From Candidatus Campbellbacteria bacterium GW2011_OD1_34_28 (GTDB lineage: Bacteria; Patescibacteriota; Minisyncoccia; Phycocordibacterales; UBA12079), in NCBI GenBank assembly GCA_001029775.1, contig CP011215.1, forward strand, positions 554,303 through 618,302: a DNA stretch of 64,000 nucleotides, given 5' to 3'. Shown one piece after another: positions 41,064-51,084 of the stretch. Under the pieces are notes generated by a model. The model had not been told where the DNA came from and searched no databases. It worked only from the letters and a program-made list of their open reading frames with translations. The stretch's first letter is position 1. Every line of letters starts with the position of its first letter. Made by a program: the position numbers and the translations under genes.

Positions 41064-42293
41064 TTAAAACTTGATTTTATCTGAGCCTTTTCCAAATACA
41101 ACAATATTTGATTTCTTGATATCAAAAATTTGTTTTGAAAAATTTTTAATATAATCAGAATCAATTTCTTTTAGCTCTACTAGATCGTCTTTTAATAAAG
41201 TAACATTATTATGAAAAAGAAGATCGTTTGAAATCCAATTTAACCGTTTCATATTGTCGACAAAAGATTTTTCCAATCTATCTTTTTGCATTTTTCTCAA
41301 TTTCAAAATATCACTTTTTGAAATACCATCTTTTTCAAGATTATTTAAAAAATTTAAAATACCTTTTTTTAAAACAGGGATCTTTTCTCTGTCTATTTCT
41401 GCGGACAAGACAATAATACCGGCGTTTTTCCATATCATTCGGTCCAAAGAAACCGAATATACACCAATTTCTCTCATTTCTTTCGCAAAATAAAATTTTT
41501 GATCCTCTAGATAATCTCTTATCATAGTTAAGGTCTTTAAATCTTTATGAGATCTGCAAATTTTAATTGGCAGATTAAAGCATAAATTAAAAACTAACTC
41601 ATTATTCCAATGATATTTTGAATTTTTTACCAACTTATTTTTTTGAAATTCTGAAATTTTAACTTTTGCCGATCCTTTGCCATGTTTTGAAAGTTTGTGA
41701 CCTTTAACAAGATCAGATATTTTTTTCTCTATATTTTTATCCAATTCGTAACCAGATAATACGAAAAATATATTCTTTTCATTAAATACTTTTTCGTAAT
41801 GATTTTTAAGGTCGAATAGTTTAACATTTTTTGTATTTACAATTTGATTTTTTTTATCTCTTGCATACAAAAAATTATCACCAAAATTTTGTTTTAATAA
41901 AAAATTAAAAGCATCAATTTTTATATCTTTTTTTGAACGAATTTCGTTTTCTATAACACTCTTCTCCCTTTTCAAAAGATTCTCATTATCAAATTTTGGC
42001 AACAAGATACCTTTTAAAAGGATTTCAATATCTCTAACAGCATTTTTGGTATCGGACTTTACATAGTAATTCATAAAATCACTATTTATTGAACCGTTTA
42101 CAAATTCCAGTTTTTCTTTATTTGGAACAGATTCAACCAAATAATGCTCTAATAAATGGCCAATTCCAAACTCTTTTTCAGATTCATTGAAATAACCTAA
42201 TTTTGAATAAATATCAAAATAAACCTCCTTTGTTTTATTCGGAAAATTTACTATATAAAAATTATTTGATATTTTTTTGAATGGTTTTTTCAT
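41064..42293 (-). CDS. M16 (insulinase) family peptidase
   Basis: GIGHLLEH; EKSVIENE. Confidence 0.8.
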   Translation of the reverse strand: MKKPFKKISNNFYIVNFPNKTKEVYFDIYSKLGYFNESEKEFGIGHLLEHYLVESVPNKEKLEFVNGSINSDFMNYYVKSDTKNAVRDIEILLKGILLPKFDNENLLKREKSVIENEIRSKKDIKIDAFNFLLKQNFGDNFLYARDKKNQIVNTKNVKLFDLKNHYEKVFNEKNIFFVLSGYELDKNIEKKISDLVKGHKLSKHGKGSAKVKISEFQKNKLVKNSKYHWNNELVFNLCFNLPIKICRSHKDLKTLTMIRDYLEDQKFYFAKEMREIGVYSVSLDRMIWKNAGIIVLSAEIDREKIPVLKKGILNFLNNLEKDGISKSDILKLRKMQKDRLEKSFVDNMKRLNWISNDLLFHNNVTLLKDDLVELKEIDSDYIKNFSKQIFDIKKSNIVVFGKGSDKIKF

Positions 42294-42371
42294 ATTTATT
42301 TATATTCGTTAATTTAAATTAATTATATGACAAATATAAACAAAAACACAGCCAACGGCTGTGTTTGAATA

Positions 42372-42563
42372 TTATTTTCCTTTTCTGCCGGCATTTGGTC
42401 CGATATGAATTTCCTTTACCGAACCAGAAGGTTTGTCGATTTTGACAATGTCGTGAGAATGAGGACGGTCTTCCGAAGAAATTCTTTCGGTTTTATGATT
42501 GTCCCCAGAATCAGTAACCTTCATTTTTGACCCATCATCACTGTTTCCACTGAACCACCCCAT
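42372..42563 (-). CDS. hypothetical 63-aa protein (family-B cargo)
   Basis: SD GGAGA; MGWFSG...; terminator 42345-42367. Confidence 0.6.
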   Translation of the reverse strand: MGWFSGNSDDGSKMKVTDSGDNHKTERISSEDRPHSHDIVKIDKPSGSVKEIHIGPNAGRKGK

Positions 42564-42564
42564 C

Positions 42565-42702
42565 TTTCTATCTCCAAATAGCCAATGGATTTTCGGGCAA
42601 CATTGCCCAAGAACTAATTTGTTAAAATAGTAACATAAAAACAAAATAAATCAACGATTTTGTGTAGTCTTTTCAACATCCATTTTTGAAGATTTTGGGG
42701 TA
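42565..42702 (-). repeat. family-B leader, copy 1
   Basis: direct repeat of 45195-45333; final 56 bp identical. Confidence 0.92.
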
Positions 42703-43050
42703 TTAGTTTTTGTATTTTGATTGTAAATATTCCAAAATCCCTTGTTTTATAAACCAAGTAAAATATTCAGAAAAAATAAAAATTTTTCCTTCACCTCTTT
42801 CCATTATCTCAATTTTTTCCATATATTTTTTTATGGCAAAATCTAAATGTATCCACCCACTCTTTAAAACTATTTCCCTATCTTCAATTACAATACCGTT
42901 TTCTATTTCAAACTCATCAATAAATTTATTCCCAACAGAAAAAACCAAAGGTTTAAGATAATCTATAATTTTTATTTCTCCATTCTCAGATTCCGAAGTG
43001 TCTCGAATCAAAGCGAGCTCTTTTTGCAATTTTTTATCATAAAAATCCAT
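42703..43050 (-). CDS. hypothetical protein
   Basis: 115-aa AT-rich ORF. Confidence 0.55.
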   Translation of the reverse strand: MDFYDKKLQKELALIRDTSESENGEIKIIDYLKPLVFSVGNKFIDEFEIENGIVIEDREIVLKSGWIHLDFAIKKYMEKIEIMERGEGKIFIFSEYFTWFIKQGILEYLQSKYKN

Positions 43051-43109
43051 TAATTAAATATTATCATAAAAATAACTGGACTAACACGCTCGTCCAGTTA
43101 TCTAAAAAA

Positions 43110-43280
43110 TCATCCCCCCTCTTTGGGATCGGGCAAATTTTCTGCCCAACTTGGGGGTTCGCTGGGAATGGGATTATTTCCGGTTTCCACAGCATCAGCG
43201 ATATAATCAATCAGTGCTTCTTTTTCTGCCTCATTCTTCGGGGTAGAACATCCACCACCAAAAAAATCAAAAAGTCCCAC
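43110..43280 (-). CDS. hypothetical 56-aa protein (not in ORF track)
   Basis: GTG start with SD GGAGGTGA; MGLFDFFGGGC...; hairpin 43072-43101. Confidence 0.55.
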   Translation of the reverse strand: MGLFDFFGGGCSTPKNEAEKEALIDYIADAVETGNNPIPSEPPSWAENLPDPKEGG

Positions 43281-43393
43281 AAAATCACCTCCTTTTTGGA
43301 AATATCCAGTTTAGATTTTGTATTTCAACCAAGAACTATTTGAATAAATAATACCAAGAACATATGTCATTTTCAATATTCTTAAATATCAAA

Positions 43394-43894
43394 TTATTGA
43401 AGAATATTACGATGATTTTTATTTTTTAAAACTACAACAGGACAGCCGATTTGTTTTCCCAACATATCAGATGTTTGTTTCATTATCTCCAACTCTTCCG
43501 AACCTATGTAAATAGTGGTTTTACAATATTTTTTAAAATCTTTTATACTCAAATTTTTAATCTCAGCAATTCTTTTCTTTCCTGTTATATTTAATATCGT
43601 CTTTCTATATAATTTTAAAACCTCGTTAAAAAAGGGAGACGGTGAAATTATTTCTAATTTCTTTGGCTTAACATCTTTTGCAACAAGCAAAGCTATTATT
43701 CCACCAACAGAAAATCCGACTAATAAATCAACACTGTCATTTCCTATACATTTTTTAGTTTCAGCAATCCAATCTTTTATTAAATTAAATTTCCACTTTA
43801 AAGAAACATATTTAATATCAAAATCGGGATATTTTTTTACAATATGCTTTTTGTATTCTTTTGCATCTAACGCAACAAAAACTAATTTTTTCAT
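43394..43894 (-). CDS. minimal alpha/beta hydrolase-like protein
   Basis: GFSVGG, SPSP, C-terminal His. Confidence 0.65.
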   Translation of the reverse strand: MKKLVFVALDAKEYKKHIVKKYPDFDIKYVSLKWKFNLIKDWIAETKKCIGNDSVDLLVGFSVGGIIALLVAKDVKPKKLEIISPSPFFNEVLKLYRKTILNITGKKRIAEIKNLSIKDFKKYCKTTIYIGSEELEIMKQTSDMLGKQIGCPVVVLKNKNHRNILQ

Positions 43895-43920
43895 AATTTT
43901 AATTATATAAAAAAATGAAT

Positions 43921-44388
43921 TTATTTATCGAAATTTTTTAAATATTCATCGACTGATTCTAGCCCCATTTCATTTCTTCTTTTATCCAAATTGTTCATGT
44001 CTTCCACCTCAAATAATTCTACTTTTCCGCATTCATTTTTCTTTATTTGGGTACCATACAACTGAGGACTTCCTTCCCCTATCCTTATTTTATCAATGAA
44101 ATAAGCTTTGTATTTTAAATCAATTTCATCAGATGGTGCCTTTTCTATTTCTAAAAAAATCTTTTTCAAATGTTCTAATGGCAGATGAAGACTTAGGGAT
44201 ATTCCGGCTCTGTATTCTTCATCAGAAACAGAATTTTTAAATGGGAAACCGTTTACTAAAATGTAATTAAAAAATTCTTCTGAAATTTTTTTAGAAACAT
44301 TTTTAAAAACATCGAAATTAATTCTCCCCTCTTTAAAATCTTTAATATTTCTTTGATCTTTTTCGGATAATTCTAAAAAGGTCACCAT
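43921..44388 (-). CDS. DUF6624-like protein
   Basis: AY..DK....G.PQLYGTQ...LDKRR.EMGL. Confidence 0.65.
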   Translation of the reverse strand: MVTFLELSEKDQRNIKDFKEGRINFDVFKNVSKKISEEFFNYILVNGFPFKNSVSDEEYRAGISLSLHLPLEHLKKIFLEIEKAPSDEIDLKYKAYFIDKIRIGEGSPQLYGTQIKKNECGKVELFEVEDMNNLDKRRNEMGLESVDEYLKNFDK

Positions 44389-44392
44389 ATAA

Positions 44393-44875
44393 TTAAATTA
44401 TTTTTTTAATTTCTTTCAGATAATTAGCAGTGAGTTCATGTTGAGTGTCTTTAACCAAAATATCACCATCTTCTTCTTCAAGATCTCCGTATATTATTGT
44501 TTGTTTTTTTGCTTTATGTTTGGGATCAAGTTTTTTTACAACATCATTCACAAATTTTGCTCCCAATAAATCAACTAATGCTTTCTTAATTTTTTTATCT
44601 TTCCAAGAATAGTGGGGTGTCATAGATGCCAATATTATATGTTCACATTTATATTCTTGAGCAACCAGCCACGCCAAAACCGCACCCAGTGAAAAACCAA
44701 AAATAATATCATTGTCTGAAACAGAAAAGATCTGTTGTGATAATTTTTTATTCCAATCAATATTTTTAAATACAACTTCATACCCCTTATCTTTTGCAAT
44801 CTTTCTCAGCAATTGATATGGTCTTCTTTTGGTTGTTTCTTCAAAACCTGGGATTATATATATTTTTTTCTCCAT
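44393..44875 (-). CDS. minimal alpha/beta hydrolase-like protein
   Basis: YIIPGF, GFSLGA, TQHEL. Confidence 0.65.
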   Translation of the reverse strand: MEKKIYIIPGFEETTKRRPYQLLRKIAKDKGYEVVFKNIDWNKKLSQQIFSVSDNDIIFGFSLGAVLAWLVAQEYKCEHIILASMTPHYSWKDKKIKKALVDLLGAKFVNDVVKKLDPKHKAKKQTIIYGDLEEEDGDILVKDTQHELTANYLKEIKKII

Positions 44876-44983
44876 AAAATTTTAATTCGATAAATCTATT
44901 ATAAATCAACAGAGGGCGAGTAAACTTGCGGTCTACTCGCCCTCAATGTTTGTGTACTACATTCCCAGCAATTCCTCCGACCG

Positions 44984-45193
44984 TCAGAATTCGTTGCCTT
45001 TGACCCCTTGGACAAACGCGTTCCATTCATCATGAGAGAAGAAAAGAGTTTGCTTGCTCTGGTCCTTGCTGTCCCGGACAGCGACACCTTCAGGCTTGAT
45101 GGCCACCATAACGCAGGTCTTCGGGTTGTTTCTTGACCATGACGATTTTTTGAAATCGCTGTCATGAACCACAAAATCTTTTTTACTGTCCAT
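44984..45193 (-). CDS. DUF397 domain protein (family-B cargo)
   Basis: FKKSSWS....CVMVA....VAVRDSKD....L.F...EW.AFV.GVK; SD AGGAGG; terminator 44911-44944. Confidence 0.85.
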   Translation of the reverse strand: MDSKKDFVVHDSDFKKSSWSRNNPKTCVMVAIKPEGVAVRDSKDQSKQTLFFSHDEWNAFVQGVKGNEF

Positions 45194-45194
45194 T

Positions 45195-45333
45195 TTCTAC
45201 CTCCTTAGGCAATTATGGATTTCGCGGGCAATATCGCCCAAGAACTAATTTATTAAAATAGTAACACAAATACAAATTAAATCAACGATTTTGTGTAGTC
45301 TTTTCAACATCCATTTTTGAAGATTTTGGGGTA
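45195..45333 (-). repeat. family-B leader, copy 2
   Basis: repeat of 42565-42702. Confidence 0.92.
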
Positions 45334-45345
45334 TAATTTTAGGAT

Positions 45346-46089
45346 ATGAAAGAGACTATCTCTAAAATACCGGTTAACGACAAAAGAAACACCCACATTG
45401 ACTGTAAAAGCGACACCATTCCAATTAAATTCTCGTATTTTTTAATCAGAAAAATATTTGGACCAATTGTTAAATTAATCTGGGTTAAAAAAGTAACAGG
45501 ATTACATAATATTCCTTTGAAAGGACCTGTATTAGTTGCCTTTAATCATCAAAGTTACTTTGACTTTATTTGTTTTATTGCTATATCGCCCAGAAATGTT
45601 CACTATCTCTCGGCGGAAAAATTTTTTACCAATGCTCTTTGGTTGCCACTAATGAGAATAACTGGACAAATTGAGGTAAAAAGGACAAGTAAAGACAAAA
45701 GAGAAGTTCATAATCTGGTTAATGAACATTTACGCAGAGGCTTTATGATTGGAATATTTCCGGAAGGAACGCGAAATCCAGATGAAACACAAATGTTAAA
45801 GGCTTTTACCGGTGTAGCAAAATATGCATCATTAAATTGTATTCCGGTAATACCTGTTGGAATAAAACATGCTGAAAAAGTGATGAATCGTTACGATAAA
45901 AAACCAAAATTCAAAAAAATAATAGAGTTTCATATTGGGGATCCTATTCATTTTCACCCATACACTGACAGGGCAAAACTCAACAAAAAATCAATAAGAA
46001 CATTAACAACAAAAATAATGCTTCGAATAGAAAAATTATCAGGTAAACCTTATCCTCACAGAGAAAAATGGGAAACAATAACGGCATAG
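45346..46089 (+). CDS. PlsC-like lysophospholipid acyltransferase
   Basis: NHQSYFD, FPEGTR. Confidence 0.88.
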   Translation: MKETISKIPVNDKRNTHIDCKSDTIPIKFSYFLIRKIFGPIVKLIWVKKVTGLHNIPLKGPVLVAFNHQSYFDFICFIAISPRNVHYLSAEKFFTNALWLPLMRITGQIEVKRTSKDKREVHNLVNEHLRRGFMIGIFPEGTRNPDETQMLKAFTGVAKYASLNCIPVIPVGIKHAEKVMNRYDKKPKFKKIIEFHIGDPIHFHPYTDRAKLNKKSIRTLTTKIMLRIEKLSGKPYPHREKWETITA

Positions 46090-46742
46090 TAATATTTGAT
46101 GTCGACGACACTTTAATAAAAGGTCAAAGTCAAAAAATTTTCATAGATTATCTATTCAGAAAAAAGATGATCTCTCTTTTCGTTTATTTAAAAATAATTA
46201 TCTGGTTTTTATTATATAAAATTGGCTTGGTAAGCAATCCGAAATCAATTGCAAAGTACTCTTTCAAATTATTCAAAGGTAAAACGGAACAAGAAATAAA
46301 AAATATTTCAAAATCTTTTTTTGAAGAGTCTCTAAAAAATTATTTTTATCAGGATGCTTTAAGAATATTAGATGATCATAAAAAAAATAACAGAAAAATA
46401 ATTTTATTATCAAATGCAATAGAAATCATAATTAAAGAAATCGCTGAATATGTTGAAGTAGAAAATTACATTTGCACAAAATTAGAAATTAAAGACGGTC
46501 TTTACACGGGTAAAATTGACGGAGATACAACCTTTGGAAAAAACAAGGTAAAAAAACTAGAAGATTTTTTGAAGGGAAAAAACCTATCCCTCCAAAATCA
46601 AGAAAACTGGGGATACGGCGACCATCCATCAGATATTTTTGTGTTAAAATTAGTTAAATATCCATTTATTATCAACCCCGATAAAAAAATGCAAAATATA
46701 GCAAACAAAAATAAATGGAGTATATTAATTTTTAATAAATAA
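46068..46742 (+). CDS. HAD-IB family hydrolase
   Basis: FDVDDTL, GKNK, YGDHPSD. Confidence 0.85.
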   Translation: MGNNNGIVIFDVDDTLIKGQSQKIFIDYLFRKKMISLFVYLKIIIWFLLYKIGLVSNPKSIAKYSFKLFKGKTEQEIKNISKSFFEESLKNYFYQDALRILDDHKKNNRKIILLSNAIEIIIKEIAEYVEVENYICTKLEIKDGLYTGKIDGDTTFGKNKVKKLEDFLKGKNLSLQNQENWGYGDHPSDIFVLKLVKYPFIINPDKKMQNIANKNKWSILIFNK

Positions 46743-46743
46743 A

Positions 46744-48378
46744 ATGACTTTATTCGGTATTACAAGTATCATAACCTTTTTTGCCAGCGTTGGTTTTGGT
46801 CTGGTTGTATATTCTAGCAACAGAGAATCAAAACTAAACAAATCTTGGCTCATTCTATCTATTTTCATCGCTTTTTGGAGCATTTTTCTTTATGGAGTAG
46901 TGTCTTCTCAGTCAGAAAATTCTGCATTATTGTGGCAATATTGTTTAGACTTCATTGCAATTTTTATACCTGTTTTATATTTAAACTTTATTCTTGAATT
47001 TTTAAATATAAAAAATAATGCTCTAAAATTTGGTTCTTTTTTATTTACGATGTTTTTAGCAGTCTTTAGTTTTTCTAGTTATTTTAAGATAGGAGTAATA
47101 AAATCTTTCGATTTTTATTGGGTAAACCCGGGAAAATATTATTTTATATTCCCTGCATTTTTTATTGCCATAATAATAATTTCTTTAATATACTTAATCA
47201 AAGCATACTTAAAAAACAAAAATGATTATACTTTAAGAGGACAAATAAGAAACCAATTAATCGCTGGAATAATTGGTTTTAGCGGAGGAATTACAAATTT
47301 TTTTCCACAACTTTTTGATATCTATCCTTTCGGAAATTATTTCATAATTTTATATGTATTTTTCGTCAGCTATGCAGTTCTTAAATACAAATTCTTGGAT
47401 ACGAAAGTAATCTCTACTCAGTTATTTTCAGGAGCCATTACACTTGTATTTCTTTTCAATCTTCTAAAACACATCGAATCGATCAGTGAGTGGTTAATAA
47501 ATTTTGTTATTTTTATAATGATAGTGACTTTCGTTACTCTCTTAAACAGAAGCATGTATAAAGAATTAGAAGCGAAAAGACAAATTGAAGAACTCGCAGA
47601 AAATCTAAAAGACGCAAACGTACAACTTAAAAAAATGGATAAACAAAAATCGGAGTTTATCAATTTGGCTTCTCATCAATTGCGTGGACCTGTCGCTTCT
47701 CTAAAAGGATATTCTTCTATGATTTTGGAAGGGTCATACGGTCCAATTTCAAAAAAGATAGAAGATGTTGTCACTCGCCTATCCCAATCCAGCAACGCTC
47801 TTGCACTTATCATTGATGACTTTTTAAACCTTTCCAGAATTGAACGAGGAAAAATAGAATTCAACTTTACCGAAGGAAATTTGAAGGAAGTGGTAGACAG
47901 TGCGGTAGAAGAATTGAAACAAAAAGCATTAGATAAAAAATTAAAGATGACTTTCACTGCCAAAAAAGGAAATTATACTTTAAATATGGATTCGGAAAAA
48001 GTAAGACAAATCGTTTCAAATCTAATAGACAACTCTATAAAATATACTCCTAAAGGATCTATCAAAGTAAAACTCTCTCAAGAAAATGAAGAGATGTTAT
48101 TGGAAGTAACCGATACAGGTATTGGTGTTCCCCCTCAAGATATGGACAAATTGTTCAAAAAATTTAGCCGTCTTGCAAATGCTAATGAAGAAAATATTCA
48201 AGGAACAGGTCTTGGCCTATATCTTGCAAAAGAAGTTATGAATGCACACAACGGAAAAATTTGGATAGAATCGGAAGGACAAGACAAAGGATCTTCTTTC
48301 TTTGTTGAGTTTAAAGCAAAAGAGAGAAGAAAAACACCGCGAATCAACTCAGAAAAAGAATTATCTGAGGCAAAATAA
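46744..48378 (+). CDS. membrane sensor histidine kinase (multi-TM, HisKA, HATPase)
   Basis: ASHQLRGP, NLIDNSIKYT, DTGIG, GTGLGL. Confidence 0.92.
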   Translation: MTLFGITSIITFFASVGFGLVVYSSNRESKLNKSWLILSIFIAFWSIFLYGVVSSQSENSALLWQYCLDFIAIFIPVLYLNFILEFLNIKNNALKFGSFLFTMFLAVFSFSSYFKIGVIKSFDFYWVNPGKYYFIFPAFFIAIIIISLIYLIKAYLKNKNDYTLRGQIRNQLIAGIIGFSGGITNFFPQLFDIYPFGNYFIILYVFFVSYAVLKYKFLDTKVISTQLFSGAITLVFLFNLLKHIESISEWLINFVIFIMIVTFVTLLNRSMYKELEAKRQIEELAENLKDANVQLKKMDKQKSEFINLASHQLRGPVASLKGYSSMILEGSYGPISKKIEDVVTRLSQSSNALALIIDDFLNLSRIERGKIEFNFTEGNLKEVVDSAVEELKQKALDKKLKMTFTAKKGNYTLNMDSEKVRQIVSNLIDNSIKYTPKGSIKVKLSQENEEMLLEVTDTGIGVPPQDMDKLFKKFSRLANANEENIQGTGLGLYLAKEVMNAHNGKIWIESEGQDKGSSFFVEFKAKERRKTPRINSEKELSEAK

Positions 48379-48418
48379 AAAATGCCCAGTAGCAAGGCTA
48401 CTGGGAATTTTTTTTATT

Positions 48419-49828
48419 TTATTTCTTTAATTGTATTCCCAACTCATCCAATTGTTTTTTGTCTACTTCTGCCGGCGAATCCATCATCGGGTCCCTTGCT
48501 TCTCTTGTTTTTGGGAATGCGATTACTTCTCGGATACTTTCTTCTCCTCGTAAAATCATAATCAATCTGTCCAATCCCCAAGCAATTCCTCCATGAGGAG
48601 GTGTCCCCATATCAAATGCAGAAAACATATGTGCTAAATCTTTTTTCTGAGCTTCTTCGTCATATCCAATTATCTCCAAAGTAGATTTTAAAATCTCTGA
48701 TTTGTGCGCTCTGATACTTCCCCCTCCAATCTCTGATCCATTCAAAGCAATATCGTATTGTCCTGCGATGATACTTCCGATGTCTTGCTTGTTCATCAAC
48801 TTTTCCAAATCTTTTTCTTTTGGTGCAGAAAACGGATTGTGAGTAAATGTCCATTCGCCTTTTGCTTGTGGGTTGTCTGACTTTGCTACTTTTTCAAAAA
48901 ATGGAAAATCTACCACCCAACAAAAAGCAAGTAAATCTTTGTCCTCTTTGTTCTCTCTCATATCTGGTCTATCTGTTCCATATTTTTCCATCGCTTCCGC
49001 ATAAGTGATTCTTGGGAAAGGAACTTGTTGTATCTTTTTCTCTGGATAAAGTTTTTCTACAATTTCTATAAGCAATTTTTCATTCAAAGTGATGATGTCT
49101 TCTTCCTCAACAAAGCTCATCTCTAGGTCTAGCTGAGTAAATTCTGGCTGTCTATCACCTCTCAAGTCTTCGTCTCTCATACAACGAGCAATTTGAAAGT
49201 ATTTTTCAAAACCAGATGTCATCAATAATTGTTTGTATTGTTGTGGTGCTTGTGGCAAAGCAAAAAACTTTCCTTGATATATTCTGGACGGAACCAAATA
49301 GTCTCGCGCTCCTTCGGGAGTAGATTTTGTAAGTAGAGGAGTTTCTATTTCTGTAAAGCCTTCTTTATCCAAATAATCTCTGATAAATTTAATTATTTCG
49401 TATCTCGCTTTTATATTTTTTTGCATTCTATCTGTTCTTAAATCCAAATAACGATATTTAAGACGAGTTTCTTCATTTATTACAGAAGTATCTTGATTAA
49501 TTTCAAAAACAGGCGTTTCTGATTTGTTTAAAACTTTTATATCCAAAACTTCCAATTCAATATCTCCATTGAAAGCATCTTTCTTGATCATTTTTTCTGG
49601 TCTAGCATTTACTTTTCCTTTTACTTCCACCACCCATTCAGGACGAGTTTCTTTGGCCATTTCCAATGCAGGACTATTTGGCAAAACCACACCTTGAATT
49701 TTTCCTGTGGTATCACGAAAATCAAAGAAAGTCATTTTTCCTTGATCTCGGCGTACATCAATCCAGCCAGCAATCGTCACATCCTTTTCTGTGAAATTTT
49801 TTAAATCTTTTATATATGTTTTTTTCAT
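48419..49828 (-). CDS. aspS: aspartate--tRNA ligase (short, no GAD insert)
   Basis: RLKYRYLDLR, TPEGARD, DRQPEFTQLD, PPHGGIA. Confidence 0.95.
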   Translation of the reverse strand: MKKTYIKDLKNFTEKDVTIAGWIDVRRDQGKMTFFDFRDTTGKIQGVVLPNSPALEMAKETRPEWVVEVKGKVNARPEKMIKKDAFNGDIELEVLDIKVLNKSETPVFEINQDTSVINEETRLKYRYLDLRTDRMQKNIKARYEIIKFIRDYLDKEGFTEIETPLLTKSTPEGARDYLVPSRIYQGKFFALPQAPQQYKQLLMTSGFEKYFQIARCMRDEDLRGDRQPEFTQLDLEMSFVEEEDIITLNEKLLIEIVEKLYPEKKIQQVPFPRITYAEAMEKYGTDRPDMRENKEDKDLLAFCWVVDFPFFEKVAKSDNPQAKGEWTFTHNPFSAPKEKDLEKLMNKQDIGSIIAGQYDIALNGSEIGGGSIRAHKSEILKSTLEIIGYDEEAQKKDLAHMFSAFDMGTPPHGGIAWGLDRLIMILRGEESIREVIAFPKTREARDPMMDSPAEVDKKQLDELGIQLKK

Positions 49829-49859
49829 AAAACTTATTTTATCATAAAATAAAAATAAT

Positions 49860-50912
49860 CTAGCTCAAAAGGGCAATTATCATTCCGAGAATTGCAAAAA
49901 TGACACTGATAATCCAATATCTCATTACCACTTTATAGCTTGGCCAGCCGATAGCTTCAAAATGATGATGTATCGGTGCAACACGAAATACTTTTTTGCC
50001 TCTGATTTTTTTTGAAGATACTTGAATAATATTTCCCAAAACAGTTGCAAAAAGAGGAAAAGCAATAATAGGTAAAACTAAAACGTGTCCTGTTAAAAAT
50101 GCGACGACAGTCAATGTTGTAGTTAATCCCAATATACCAGTTTCCGACATATAAAATCTTGCAGGGGGAATATTAAACCAAAGGAAAGCCAAAATACCGC
50201 CGACAATCATTGCACAAAAAGCAGCCAAATCTATTTGCCCTTGGAAAAAAGCAATTCCAGCATAGGCGGAGAAAATTGTTGCCATCACTCCTCCCGACAA
50301 TCCATCTATTCCATCAATCACACCTGACGCAAAAAGAGAAAGCATTACCATCATGAAGAAAGGAATAAATAAAATTCCCAATTCTAACACTCCGTCCAAG
50401 GGAATGTTTATAGAAGAAACACCAAGTTTTGAATAAAACCACCAACCACCAATTGCACCAATCAAAAGAACCAAAATAATTCTAAGCTTTAAGGGCAAAC
50501 CACCAGCAATATATTTCCCTTTATTCAAGACGAGGGCAAGATCGTCTACCAAACCAAGCAAAGAAGCAGTAACCAGTGTAAATAAAGGCAACCATGTCTG
50601 GCTCCTACTCATAAAATCTAATTTTGTAGTTAATTCATTTGGAAACAAAAAAGAAGCCAGCCAAAAAAGGAAAATAGTGATCAAAGAGCTTGCCCAAATA
50701 ATTACTCCGCCCATTCTAGGAGTACCAGTGTCTTTTTCTTTGTGTAATTCATTAAAAATAGGAGTCCCACTCTTATCACCCAAACCAGCTTCTTTTCCAG
50801 CTTTTTTCTTCCACATCTTATTTTTATATAAAAAGTGCGTCAAAAAAGGCGTCAAAGCGATGCCTGTAAAAAATGCCACTGTCCAAGGAATTAATATTTT
50901 TAATGCGTCCAT
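49860..50912 (-). CDS. mraY: phospho-MurNAc-pentapeptide transferase
   Basis: GTPRMGG, GLVDD, DGIDGL, APIHHHFE. Confidence 0.95.
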   Translation of the reverse strand: MDALKILIPWTVAFFTGIALTPFLTHFLYKNKMWKKKAGKEAGLGDKSGTPIFNELHKEKDTGTPRMGGVIIWASSLITIFLFWLASFLFPNELTTKLDFMSRSQTWLPLFTLVTASLLGLVDDLALVLNKGKYIAGGLPLKLRIILVLLIGAIGGWWFYSKLGVSSINIPLDGVLELGILFIPFFMMVMLSLFASGVIDGIDGLSGGVMATIFSAYAGIAFFQGQIDLAAFCAMIVGGILAFLWFNIPPARFYMSETGILGLTTTLTVVAFLTGHVLVLPIIAFPLFATVLGNIIQVSSKKIRGKKVFRVAPIHHHFEAIGWPSYKVVMRYWIISVIFAILGMIIALLS

Positions 50913-51084
50913 AAATCAGTCTATAGTTTTTAGCTGTTAGTTTTTAGAAAGTTATTTAATAAATCAATTTAAAGTATAAGATATAAAGCGCTAAGTACAA
51001 AGTGTTGACAAGTAACATTTTTTAATTTAAATTAAAAATAGACAGGTAGAGAAATCAACATCCAATCAATATTGAGGAGAAAAA

